Positions 25,701 to 33,281 of a DNA stretch of 64,000 nt are shown piece after piece. The DNA is from a virus. The position numbers and the translations under genes were made by a program. The notes under the pieces were generated by a model. That model was not told the DNA's origin. It saw only the letters and a list, made by a program, of their open reading frames with translations, and ran no database searches. Where the stretch lies: positions 1,094-65,093 of the IMG/VR virus record IMGVR_UViG_2936028420_000001. One strand, written 5' to 3'. Position 1 is the stretch's first letter. Every line of letters starts with the position of its first letter.

Positions 25701-28700
25701 AGGTACCCCTCGGCATAGTCGAGGGAGAAGTGATATGCGAACGGCGTCGCGCTCATGAACAGCGCCTTGGGGCGCTGCTCGTCCCGCCACTTTTCGATCA
25801 GCGGCGCGGCTTTCTTCTCGAACGCTGCATAGGCCGCGCCCTGTTCGTTCTTCGGCAGATGCTCGATGCGGTCATAGTCGGCGCGCAGCACCATGCGGGC
25901 GCGCTCCGTCAGACCATCAGGGTGCTTGGTGATGGCGCGAAGCGTGCGCAGTGCTTCAGTGACGGTACCGTTCTGATCGGACGAAAGCTTGTGCGCCTCA
26001 TCCGGAACGACCAGATCCCACTCGCGATCAGCGAGCGTACGGTTGGCACCGAGATTGGCATAGGTGGTGCCGACCAGACCTTTTCGACCATTGCTCGCGG
26101 TGTCGTCGAGCACCCGCATGTCGAGACCAAGGTCTTTGGCCGACTTCACCCAATCCATCAGGATGCCCTGCGAGGGCGCGACCACCAGGGTGTTCGTCTT
26201 GCCCTTCATCGCGAAGCGCTTGATGACGCCCAGGCCGGAATAGGTCTTGCCGGTACCGGTGCCGTTGGTGAACAGCATGCCGTGGCCGTCGGGCTTCGCG
26301 TAGCGCTGCTCGGCTTTCTGCACGTCGGTGTGCTGCTCGGGGAACAGCATCGGCAGCGTGTCGGCAATGTTGCCGAGGTCGCCGGGCTTGACCGCGATGC
26401 CTTCGGCCTTGCGCTGACGCTCGCGGCGCGCGTTTAGGTCGGCGTCTTTTTGAGCATTTCGGACAGCTTCATCAGTTGCCCCGTCGTCAAACGAAAATCC
26501 CTTCTCGCTATCGTGAGAGCTTCGGCTCGACTCTCGATCGGCGGGATCGCTACCCTCATCGACGGGTTCGCGAGCAGGAAGTTCGAGATGGCCTGATGCT
26601 CCCACAACAGGGGCATGATCTTGAGGTACGCGCTCGCCACTTGCGGGTCGTTCGTCTCCCGCGTCAGCCGGGCTTCCTCGTTCTCCAGCGCCTTGTCCAG
26701 TTGATCCTGCGGCAGCGGGAACATCTGCTTTGCCCAATCCGTCGCGAGCTTCTGGCTCTCCGCGATCTGATTCCAGTACGTCGCTGCGGCTTGGTGCATC
26801 GATAGTCTCCTTGCCGGAGGTCACGTCCTCGGTGAACCGGCGAATATACGGCTTCATCGCCCGGATGGCGTCAGCATCCATGCCGGCGACGCTCAGATGG
26901 CGCACCAGCGCCCGCACCATGGTGGCGAGATCGGCACCACCGCCACTGAAATGCGCTACGCCAGCCTTGAAGAAGGGCAGGGCCTGCCGGTATTTGTCGT
27001 CATCGAGCGTGAACGGCTGCTCGCCCTCGGCTAGACCTTTGTCCTTGCCGAACAGTTTGCCAAGCCCTTTTGCCACCTGATCGATGTCAAGTGACATTTT
27101 TGGCGCGAATTCTGCGTCAATCGCCTGATCGAAGATGTCGTCGAAGGCGTCCTTCGGCGGAGCCGGCGGCTTCTTGGCCACCATGTCGAGCAGGTCGGTC
27201 TGCTTGTGACCATCGCCGAACAGGCCGTCGTCGGCCGCCTTCTGGTTGGCCTTCGGCTTGAGCGGTGCATCGGCGCCGCGCTGCGCCATGGTCTTGTCGG
27301 CGGCCTTCTCGGCGCCTGGAATGACGGTCTGCTGCTTGTTGTCGGCGCCGGTCTCGGTGATGACGGCCGGTTTCTTCGGCTCGCCGCCCGGCGGAGTGAT
27401 GTTCTCGCCCGGAGTACCCCACTGCACATTAAGATGATTTCCAGCAACGGGCGCTGTAACGAACATGACGTGCTTGCGATCAGGAGACCACAGCGCTGAT
27501 CCCTTGCCGTATTTCGCCTGAGTCCAACCGCGTGATTCCGCCGTGCTGCCGAAAAGCTCTGCGCTTGTGGTCGGTGCGATATCCGTGTCCATACGTCCGG
27601 CGGCGATCTCGCTCTCGACGTGATCGAGGAAGGAGTCGACCGTCTCTTTGCTCTCGGGCTTCGGCGGAGTGGCGCGAACCGGCGACTGTGCTTCTTCGCC
27701 GCGGAGCCGGCGCCGCGCCTCGATCATCATGGCGCGCGCGGCTTCGCGTCCGAACACTTCCTCGTAGCTGGCGGCGGTATCGACGGCCTCGCGTCCATAG
27801 GTGGAGCGCTCGCCCTGCAATGCCTTGATGGCATCCTCGGGCTTCTGCTTCTTCTTGAGCTTGGCCTTGCCGCTGCGGATGTCGGCGATCTTCTCGTCGA
27901 TCGCACGCACCTGGGACAACGCGGACATGATGCCGTTCATGCCCTCGTCGACGACGCCGACAACATTCTCGACGTCGAAGTGCTCGCCATCCTCGATATC
28001 GAAAACCGAGCGGCCCTCGCGTGCGAGTGCATCGAGCACCTTCGGGTCAGGTGCTGGCCATGTGTCGTTGAAGTCCCACGGGCCCTTGCGCGAGAGCGTG
28101 ACGTGCACGGTCTCGTCGCTGTCTCCGGCTGGAATGTCGGCGCTGGTACCGTCTAGATCGCGGAGGGATCGCTCGGCTTCGGCGGAATCTTCGGCGCGGC
28201 CTTCGCGACCTGTACGGGCGGCGTTGCTGCCGGTGTCGGGCTGTTCGCCTTTGGCGTCGGGCTCGGTGCGTCCGGCGTCATTCCGCCGGTCCCCGCCTTC
28301 TGCGCCAGCAACCGCGTCGCCTGGGCGAGGCTCGCGAGGCGCAGCTTCTTCAGGCCCGTGGCCTTCTGCGCCTTCGCGTGCAAGGTTGTCGCCATAGCCT
28401 GATGCTGCTTGCGCGTAAATCTCATCGTCAACCTCGTGACCATAGATAGCATGGAATTCGGCCTGCGCATCCTTTTCTTCGGAGATCAGCTGCATGACCG
28501 CCGTTTCGACCGCCTCGGGCGCGTCGAGCTCGGTCGACGACATCAGTTGCAGCGCGCGCGCCTTGATCTCCGGCGCCAAGTGGCCGTGGCCGGTGCGCTC
28601 GAGCGCATCGACGAACTCTTGGATCTTCGCTTCTTCGTGAGCGCCGCGTTCAGCCTCGGCTGATTGCTCGGCCTTGGTCTTGGTGTCCTCGTGGCCTTCC

Positions 28701-31700
28701 GGATAGCGATGCTGTCCGCGGATTCCGTCATCGATCGCGTCGAGAAATTCCGCGACCGTGCTGGTGCCTTCGGCGGAGCCTCGGAAATAGCCTGCTTCCT
28801 CGGCCGCCTCGCGCGCGCGGTCGAGATCCATGCCGCCATCTTTGACCAGCTTGCGGCGGGGCGGGAACCCCTGCATCGCGACGGAATGCTTGTGGGCATC
28901 CATCACCGCGAGTTCCGGATGCGGCTTCAGGCCGCCCTTGCTGGCGATGAATTGGAGCAGGTTTTGGGGCTCTTTCGCGCCCGTTTTTGCCGTTTTGTCC
29001 CGGCCGCGCCCTTGTTGCGGTGCAGCAGGTTCCGAACCTATGTTATTGACTACGGCCGGAGTCGCCTGTTTGGTACCGGCTAGGGCAGCATCTTTAGGAA
29101 GCGAAGGGTTACCCCCCAGCGCATCTTGGCCGCCCTGTAAGGCCTTGTCCGGAGTGTGATGGCTCTCGGATTTGGTTAAGGCGGGCTCCGGAGTGTGATG
29201 GCTCTCGGGGCCCGCCGCACCAATCTCTTTGACCGGTTTCGTTGTGTCGGTTTGCAACCAAGCCTGAAACTTCTCAGGCGTCATTGCAACAACGTGACCA
29301 ATGCGACTTTCGCCGTGGTCACTGTACGAATCCGCATAGGCCCGCATCGCTGCATCGGGCCCTGGGAATCCGATCATAATCTTGTGTTCATCCCACGCGC
29401 CCGTTTTCGGGTCGTGCTGATCGATGACGAAGATATCGCCGCCGGGCCCAAGATGTACGTCGAGCGGCTGACCGTCGCCGCCGACTGTGCCCTTAATCCG
29501 ACCGTAAGGGTACTTGAGCGTGACCTCCCACGGATTACCGTCTGGATCGACGCCTTTACGAACTTGCCCGGCGCCGGTCTCGACCGAGATCGAGTGCTTG
29601 CCGACAAGCCCGAGAGCGGGGATTTCAAGGTGAGTGTGCCGGTAGTTTTCAGCTTCCGCCTGGGCCTGCGATTTAGGCTCGTCAGGCCGCGCCTTCATCG
29701 CGGCATCGATATGCTCGACGGACTCAACTCGGATTGGTTTGTCGCGAGTGCCGGCGCCTAACTCGGGAGAAACTTCCCGTCCGGCCCGTGTTGCATCGGC
29801 GGCGGCTGATTTCTCGTCGGAGAGAGAAGCTTGTTCGGAGACGTCATTCCTCGACGCAACCGCTGCCTGATCGCCCCCTTCGACAGCCCCATTCTGATTG
29901 CCGCTTGCGATGCGTTTTCCGTCACCCCATTCACTGTTACCATCACGACGTTCCTGCGGTTCTCCGCCTGCTGGGCTCTTGTCGCCCACTGCATGTTCCC
30001 CGGAACGTAACCCTTGTCGTTCTCGATCCGATCCAGCGACAGATCGGGGCTCGGACGTCGACCCACCGCCATCAAGAACGTCGGGAAGTCGTTTTCCCAC
30101 TCCAGAGCCATCTTGATCCCCCTCGCTCCGTAGTTCTTGTACGCGTGATCCGTCGGGTTGTTGCACCTCCCCTTGATGTTCTTCCAGATCTTGTATTCCG
30201 GCAGCCTGCTCATCCCGTGCTTGGTTGGGTACGTCATTCTTCTCTCCCGGCGATGGTCGCGACCTGCCAGTTTTCATGGCGGCCTGATACGCCTTGCTCC
30301 GCTGTTCCGGAGTCATAGCCTTGACCCAAGATGGGTCCCAGCCCTTCGCAATCAAGGCATCGCGCTCTGCTCGATCAGTCGCAACAGCCTCGCGAGCGGC
30401 TTTTTCGTCTGCGGTTTCCGGCTTCGCCGTATACCCCGTGGACGAAGTATCCCTCATCTGTTCATTCACAGCATTGAACAGATCGGCGTCCGACATCTTG
30501 CTGACGTCGACGCTCGGATCGAACATCCGGTGCAGCTTCTCCATCTTCGCGCGCATCCGCGCGTCCATGGTGTAGTCCGCACCCATGCCCTCGCCGGTGC
30601 CGGGGGGCGGCTTGCCGGGCTCGGGGCCCTGTCCGGATCGCTGGTTGGATTGTTGGTTGCCCGCACCGCCTGGCCCAGGCTGAGGGCCGCCGCCGGGATT
30701 GGGGCCAGCGCCAGCCGCTCCAGCCTGATCGTCCCAGCCACGGCGCTGCCAGTCGCGGGCTTCCTGCTCGGCGCGCGCGCGGGCCGCATCCGGTCCCGGG
30801 CCGCCCATGTCGGGTCCGCCGCCAGGGAGCGCGCCGCCCGGCGCCGGGGAGGCGCCGCTAGTGTCGCTGGAGGTGTCCTGCCGGGTCTCCGGGCCCCTGC
30901 GCTCGAACGCATGATGCAGGCCGCCCATGCCGGCGCCGAGGATCAATTCCGCGATGATGCGCTTCTGATCGAGTGTGTAGCCAGCCTTCGGATCGTAGTC
31001 CTTGGCGATCTCTTGGAGGATGGCTTCCTGCGCCTCGCCGAGCGTCGTGAATGCGGCAGCGGAGACCGCGACCTTCGCGATCAGGCCCTGCGCATATTTG
31101 CCGGCACCGAGCGGCAGGCTGCCGAGCACGCCGGCGACCAGGGCGGACTTCGCCGCCGTCGCATTGGCCTCGTCGTCGGTCTTGCCTGCGGCCTTCGATG
31201 CCTCGAAGACGCTGCCGTAGGTGTCGAGCGCCATGCCGCTGGCGGCGGCGGTAAGACCGACCAGCGGGCCTGCGGCGAGCGTCGCTGCACCATAAGCGGC
31301 GATCGAGCCCGCGCCGGTACCGATCCGGCCGCCGATTGAATCCTTCTCCTGCGGCGTCATCGGCGCGACGGTTTGCGCAAAATCCTGTGTTGCCTGTCCT
31401 GCCTTGTAGAGCGTGCGATCCTGCAGCGGCTTCGCCGGTACCGCGGCGGCCGGCGCATTGACCATGCCGGTGGCATTGCCCATGGCGTCGTACTGCGGCG
31501 TCTCAGGCTGCTCGGGGATGCCGTTGTCGTACAGCGCGGCCGCGCCCTTGAGCGTGCCGCCAGCAGTCGAGATCGCGCCGTGCGGGATGCCCTTGGCGGC
31601 CGCGACCGCCTGCCGGCTGATCGTGAGCGGCGGGACTTCCGGACCTTCCGGCGTGACGGGCGTGCCGAACTTGGAGAGGTCATCCGTCGACGGCTCGGGC

Positions 31701-31942
31701 GCGGCCTCGTCCTTGACCTTCGTGCCAAAGCTTGAGAGGTCCGGCCCCTTCGGCTCGTCCGGTGCGACGTTGAAATCGACGTTGGAATCGCGCGTCGGCT
31801 TGATCGAGAGCTTACGCGCCAGCCGATCGGTCAGAACCTTGGGGTTCGACGAATACGGCTGGCCGTCGTCCGGCTGATACTGCTCGAGCAGGCTATCGCG
31901 AAGCTGGGATTGTCCCGATCCGAAAACGTCGTCGAAGGCCAT
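19790..31942 (-). CDS. Giant polyvalent DarB-like ejection protein: InPase-like, SF2 helicase, N6-MTase, JAB, LPD38-like domains
   Basis: 4050 aa. InPase-like ~29270-29690 (YGRIKGTVGGDGQPLDV..DEHKIMIGF); helicase NGTGTGKT/DEAH/SATP and QQEGRIYR ~24750-26330; MTase EPSAGHG/NPPF ~23990-24520; JAB HNHP..S..D ~22960-23260; C-terminal ENATRLAAF..ARNLTVDFNKKG. Confidence 0.9.
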   Translation of the reverse strand: MAFDDVFGSGQSQLRDSLLEQYQPDDGQPYSSNPKVLTDRLARKLSIKPTRDSNVDFNVAPDEPKGPDLSSFGTKVKDEAAPEPSTDDLSKFGTPVTPEGPEVPPLTISRQAVAAAKGIPHGAISTAGGTLKGAAALYDNGIPEQPETPQYDAMGNATGMVNAPAAAVPAKPLQDRTLYKAGQATQDFAQTVAPMTPQEKDSIGGRIGTGAGSIAAYGAATLAAGPLVGLTAAASGMALDTYGSVFEASKAAGKTDDEANATAAKSALVAGVLGSLPLGAGKYAQGLIAKVAVSAAAFTTLGEAQEAILQEIAKDYDPKAGYTLDQKRIIAELILGAGMGGLHHAFERRGPETRQDTSSDTSGASPAPGGALPGGGPDMGGPGPDAARARAEQEARDWQRRGWDDQAGAAGAGPNPGGGPQPGPGGAGNQQSNQRSGQGPEPGKPPPGTGEGMGADYTMDARMRAKMEKLHRMFDPSVDVSKMSDADLFNAVNEQMRDTSSTGYTAKPETADEKAAREAVATDRAERDALIAKGWDPSWVKAMTPEQRSKAYQAAMKTGRSRPSPGEKNDVPNQARDEQAAGIQDLEEHQGEVQQPDGSRVQELRSEGDQDGSGVGKRLPDVLDGGGSTSEPRSVAGSDRERQGLRSGEHAVGDKSPAGGEPQERRDGNSEWGDGKRIASGNQNGAVEGGDQAAVASRNDVSEQASLSDEKSAAADATRAGREVSPELGAGTRDKPIRVESVEHIDAAMKARPDEPKSQAQAEAENYRHTHLEIPALGLVGKHSISVETGAGQVRKGVDPDGNPWEVTLKYPYGRIKGTVGGDGQPLDVHLGPGGDIFVIDQHDPKTGAWDEHKIMIGFPGPDAAMRAYADSYSDHGESRIGHVVAMTPEKFQAWLQTDTTKPVKEIGAAGPESHHTPEPALTKSESHHTPDKALQGGQDALGGNPSLPKDAALAGTKQATPAVVNNIGSEPAAPQQGRGRDKTAKTGAKEPQNLLQFIASKGGLKPHPELAVMDAHKHSVAMQGFPPRRKLVKDGGMDLDRAREAAEEAGYFRGSAEGTSTVAEFLDAIDDGIRGQHRYPEGHEDTKTKAEQSAEAERGAHEEAKIQEFVDALERTGHGHLAPEIKARALQLMSSTELDAPEAVETAVMQLISEEKDAQAEFHAIYGHEVDDEIYAQAASGYGDNLAREGAEGHGPEEAAPREPRPGDAVAGAEGGDRRNDAGRTEPDAKGEQPDTGSNAARTGREGRAEDSAEAERSLRDLDGTSADIPAGDSDETVHVTLSRKGPWDFNDTWPAPDPKVLDALAREGRSVFDIEDGEHFDVENVVGVVDEGMNGIMSALSQVRAIDEKIADIRSGKAKLKKKQKPEDAIKALQGERSTYGREAVDTAASYEEVFGREAARAMMIEARRRLRGEEAQSPVRATPPKPESKETVDSFLDHVESEIAAGRMDTDIAPTTSAELFGSTAESRGWTQAKYGKGSALWSPDRKHVMFVTAPVAGNHLNVQWGTPGENITPPGGEPKKPAVITETGADNKQQTVIPGAEKAADKTMAQRGADAPLKPKANQKAADDGLFGDGHKQTDLLDMVAKKPPAPPKDAFDDIFDQAIDAEFAPKMSLDIDQVAKGLGKLFGKDKGLAEGEQPFTLDDDKYRQALPFFKAGVAHFSGGGADLATMVRALVRHLSVAGMDADAIRAMKPYIRRFTEDVTSGKETIDAPSRSDVLESDRGEPEARDGLGKADVPAAAGSTGQGAGERGSPADAGDERPASGERVPQDHAPVVGASGHLELPAREPVDEGSDPADRESSRSSHDSEKGFSFDDGATDEAVRNAQKDADLNARRERQRKAEGIAVKPGDLGNIADTLPMLFPEQHTDVQKAEQRYAKPDGHGMLFTNGTGTGKTYSGLGVIKRFAMKGKTNTLVVAPSQGILMDWVKSAKDLGLDMRVLDDTASNGRKGLVGTTYANLGANRTLADREWDLVVPDEAHKLSSDQNGTVTEALRTLRAITKHPDGLTERARMVLRADYDRIEHLPKNEQGAAYAAFEKKAAPLIEKWRDEQRPKALFMSATPFAYHFSLDYAEGYLFEFDKDRSGSRYNSGDGRAAFYMQHLGYRMRTNRLTKPDADVKSEVMERQLHEYLKKQGSLSGRALTVDKDYDRKFVLAHDAVGQQIDQALSFLQEAEGGRYRPLHEVISKQFDYLTRMRLLEAIKARAAVPFIRQSLDLGRKIVVFHDYNEGGGINPFDLAVPPSVKVTTYVDGKPSEVKLKDLYDDFRAQNPYIKDLKFSDYDAPIAELTKAFPDAMVYNGTVSNKVRNLDKALFNDDNSGRDIIIVQSAAGEAGISLHDTTGKKQRVLLNLGMPIRPTTSIQQEGRIYRVGQSSDAIFRYMNTGTDWERWTFAGKIAERAGTAENLALGDQARTIRQSFIDAFSGAGDFAPEPGEGKGGKEIDRALSHSVSEFDKAKTHYFANGKTTGRRDQREGTDYYATPEPIGLKMVEFAGIKSGEKILEPSAGHGAIARYFPEDTARTLVEPSSSLASRAALTSPGARVVVDRFENLDKGANKFDAIVMNPPFGSGGKTAIDHLEKAASHLKNGGRIVALISRGSTDAKFDKFMDGPAAKGIYIVGDVNLPAITFERAGTSISARIVVLEKQTDAHIAKQLQQKSRDYSDVETIGDLFDRIENADMGQRLEPATPDIDIPTEGKVTINGVDFTLQSSKRGDVHAADLKNFIGPERFRALMRAVETTKGEYVKTAKSFRFGTTEERQKFLDAVAKPEPAETQRAPGAPPSAPKGITFKTGETIHAKTKAKLYVATANERVESTAYSQMNAVAKANGGYYSSFKGNGAIPGFQFKSAEDRQKFLDQMAGKGPGGDGPGPGLASAETDAVMDRLVRAYVAPAPEARRLGETGQKHVLQHGRETSTEHLMAYDAHGNVVDNGDIKGTKGFIAISPAFYARLLDPTEDIVAHHNHPESRSFSDSDIAMASTPGMRAVYAHGHNGITYRVEVTPTAKAMLPEQWTARVNQVARLTAAIGGRLKMPLREAFLAGSINADEGNAAYHHLINVVLNDAGFIDYRTNFDDADFRSRVPGIDTAISEAADLIKKGLTNHEASRVHDRPARAVRHPGDVGAVFDRNAFPATDGGTRRGDQAGRADHPREEEGGLGLNAPPNAFQPGGPNSFDNTIADILRTRLLGRLGHINATEIRVQLQDKFLRVKKAEESVGAPSSQSAYQAESLYYGRTGQRLESLTENHIDPLIREMKARDIDVEKLDNFLKARHAPERNNAIGTMYTPGHDFYDAIRDHDKVGGSGWSTNEALQVIRDLRNAGKLPDYLAVARMIDALNAKTRRTLFDAGLIDRDTFDAWNNGYKYYVPLRGWADGSEDEASMSRQGSGMNVRGKEAKNAFGRKSDAASPLAYSIMQAEMAIVRAEKNRVGNTFLQFVRANPDPARWTINRRQPIKRIDPNTGLVTTIPDNMPALKDNEFSTKVDGRTITIALHGPDGLNLARGLKNMGTANVHALIRAYSAITHTMAKLATSFNPEFMIPNFARDMGEAFINLQAQQQRGFVRNFIKHIPGAMKGSMKAIAGAAPGDPYVDAFHRFDKAGGRVRFFGIEDPDAIETNVGRKLKRLEGGPVNTLKDIGDKAGKALEVAGGGIENATRLAAFMAAEEAGIPTADAAMLARNLTVDFNKKGELGSAISALYMFANAGVQGIARMTTALGHRRVWQAVGALAAAAALSTLYSILASDTDEAGVSDYMKIPSWDRDKNLVFMMGGHRYLKVPLPYGFSPFAVIGSHAVSVAMGKEKPGKAASAIMDSILSAFNPLGEESSTWMDIIPSALRPAFHIEFNRDWTGKPLYPEQDKNRGVRPDSSQAFKSNSAFSKEAAKDLNAWSGGSSYQPGAIDVHPASIDHVLQAVTGGVGRFAKGIADTLYNTATGGEWQPEKTPILRRFVGKVGPEADRALYYEQRQEALDDKAGINSARKDLKGGTNTDEARQFLSEAPTTKASIFKSADERIKGLRQNKSLSETELRDKIREVQNHARAEVQRLQPSH
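22456..22626 (-). CDS. Nested 56-aa protein in +1 frame of giant gene (not in ORF track)
   Basis: MKPAEYMIDPPGPFDTLETWEQFLTEMRSLQPTAGRDAAIKLAERTIREKKKGDWG; GC3-rich in nested frame. Confidence 0.6.
   Translation of the reverse strand: MKPAEYMIDPPGPFDTLETWEQFLTEMRSLQPTAGRDAAIKLAERTIREKKKGDWG
26434..26799 (-). CDS. Nested 121-aa helical protein in +1 frame of giant gene
   Basis: AAGGAG-7 nt-ATG; natural globular composition; GC3-rich in nested frame. Confidence 0.75.
   Translation of the reverse strand: MHQAAATYWNQIAESQKLATDWAKQMFPLPQDQLDKALENEEARLTRETNDPQVASAYLKIMPLLWEHQAISNFLLANPSMRVAIPPIESRAEALTIARRDFRLTTGQLMKLSEMLKKTPT
28153..28425 (-). CDS. Nested 90-aa basic protein in +1 frame of giant gene
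   Basis: GAGG-6 nt-ATG; MRFTRKQHQAMATTLHAKAQK...; codon bias favours nested frame. Confidence 0.55.
   Translation of the reverse strand: MRFTRKQHQAMATTLHAKAQKATGLKKLRLASLAQATRLLAQKAGTGGMTPDAPSPTPKANSPTPAATPPVQVAKAAPKIPPKPSDPSAI
29758..30237 (-). CDS. Nested HNH homing-endonuclease-like gene in +1 frame of giant gene
   Basis: YKNYGARGI...SLDRIENDKGYVPGNMQWATRAQQAENRR plus C-terminal HTH-like part; GGGAG RBS. Confidence 0.85.
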   Translation of the reverse strand: MTYPTKHGMSRLPEYKIWKNIKGRCNNPTDHAYKNYGARGIKMALEWENDFPTFLMAVGRRPSPDLSLDRIENDKGYVPGNMQWATRAQQAENRRNVVMVTVNGVTENASQAAIRMGLSKGAIRQRLRRGMTSPNKLLSPTRNQPPPMQHGPDGKFLPS

Positions 31943-33270
31943 CAGGTCTCGCCCTCGTCGCCGCGATCGCTGCCGGTGTCGGACGACGCGCGCGTGCCGC
32001 GCTCCGGCTTGTTCGGATCGCGCGGTTCGGGATCAGTCGGCTTGTCCGGAGTGCTGCCCTTCGCCGGCCCGCCGTTGAACTGATAGATCTGGCCGTCCTT
32101 CGGGTTGCGGTAATACTGGCCGGGCTGGAGCTTCTCCGCGATGTTCTTGCTGGTGATGCCCATCTTGCCGGCGTCGATTGCGTTGCCGACGGTCATGCCG
32201 GGCTGCTGCGCGGCCTGCTGCGCCTGCTGCGGCGAGAGACCGAGACGGCCGAGATGTCCGTTCATGATGTCGCCCTTGGCCTTGTCGAGATCGGCCTGGG
32301 CCTTGGCGAGTCCTGCGGTGTCACCATTGGCGCGCGCCGCGCGGATGGCATCATTGTAGCCCTTGAGCGAGGGATCGCTGTTCGTCAGGCGACCGGCGGC
32401 CAGATAGAGGCTGTTCGGATCGTTCTTGCCGCTGCTGGCAACCTTGTCGGTGTCCTGCTTGAGCTTCGCGGCGAGATACTTCGTGTAGTTCATGTTGTAG
32501 GTCGCGGTGTCGCCAGCCTTCTGCGCGTTGATCGCGGCGCTGAGATACTTCAGCGTGGTGTCGTTGTTCTTGTCCGACGACTTGTCGCCACCTTCGAGAC
32601 CTTCACCGGCGCCGCTGGCGAGCGCCTGCATCGGGCTCTTGCCGGCGCTATTGCCGGCAGCCTTGAGACCAGCGCCGAGCGCGCCGCGCATGCGGTTGGC
32701 CGACTGATCGTCGACACCAAAGGCGCCGAGGATACCCTTCCGGCCCTGCATGTCCGGCGGGGCGAAGCCGCTTTGCGCCGGAGGCGGAGGCATCGCGCCT
32801 TGCGTCGGCGCAATGTTCATCGGCGGGCCGGGCGGCTGCTCCGGAGGCGGCGGTGGGATCGCGCCGGGCGCGGGAGGTGTTGCACCAGCCGGCCGGGCCT
32901 GCGGCATAGGAGGCGGCGGCATGCGCGCCTGCCCTTGGCCCGCAGTTGGATCGGGCTGTGTCGACGGATCAGGCAACGGGGGAGGCGGCGGCGCGCCGGG
33001 GCTTCCAATGTTCGGGGCGCCGGTCGGGTCGCCCATCTGGTTGACCTGCGGCATGCCCTGCCCTGGAGGAGGAGGCAACGGCGCGGCGTCGGCGCCAGTC
33101 TGTTGCATCGGCGGCATGGGAGGGCGCGAGCCCGGCTGCATCGCACTGACGCCTCCATTGAGGTCGTCCGGAGACGCGCCACTGCCGATATTCGGAGGCA
33201 TCGGCGGCGTGCTGGCGTCGCCCGAAAAGAGCGAGCCACCGCCGTCCGTGATCCAGTCGAGCAAACCCAT
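31942..33270 (-). CDS. Pro-rich ejection (internal virion) protein
   Basis: Start MGLLDW; position between ejection gene and giant gene. Confidence 0.7.
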   Translation of the reverse strand: MGLLDWITDGGGSLFSGDASTPPMPPNIGSGASPDDLNGGVSAMQPGSRPPMPPMQQTGADAAPLPPPPGQGMPQVNQMGDPTGAPNIGSPGAPPPPPLPDPSTQPDPTAGQGQARMPPPPMPQARPAGATPPAPGAIPPPPPEQPPGPPMNIAPTQGAMPPPPAQSGFAPPDMQGRKGILGAFGVDDQSANRMRGALGAGLKAAGNSAGKSPMQALASGAGEGLEGGDKSSDKNNDTTLKYLSAAINAQKAGDTATYNMNYTKYLAAKLKQDTDKVASSGKNDPNSLYLAAGRLTNSDPSLKGYNDAIRAARANGDTAGLAKAQADLDKAKGDIMNGHLGRLGLSPQQAQQAAQQPGMTVGNAIDAGKMGITSKNIAEKLQPGQYYRNPKDGQIYQFNGGPAKGSTPDKPTDPEPRDPNKPERGTRASSDTGSDRGDEGET

Positions 33271-33281
33271 CGTTCGATCTC

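Noticed and set aside
24501-25790. Same-strand alternative-frame ORFs inside the giant gene (24501-24773, 25482-25790, also 27117-27422)
   Set aside because: Arg/Gly-rich shadow frames overlapping conserved domains or normally biased codons, unlike the four accepted nested genes.
29758-30237. Group I intron or intein explanation for the HNH insert
   Set aside because: No visible intron core or intein ends, and the HNH is in a different frame; not excluded without RT-PCR.
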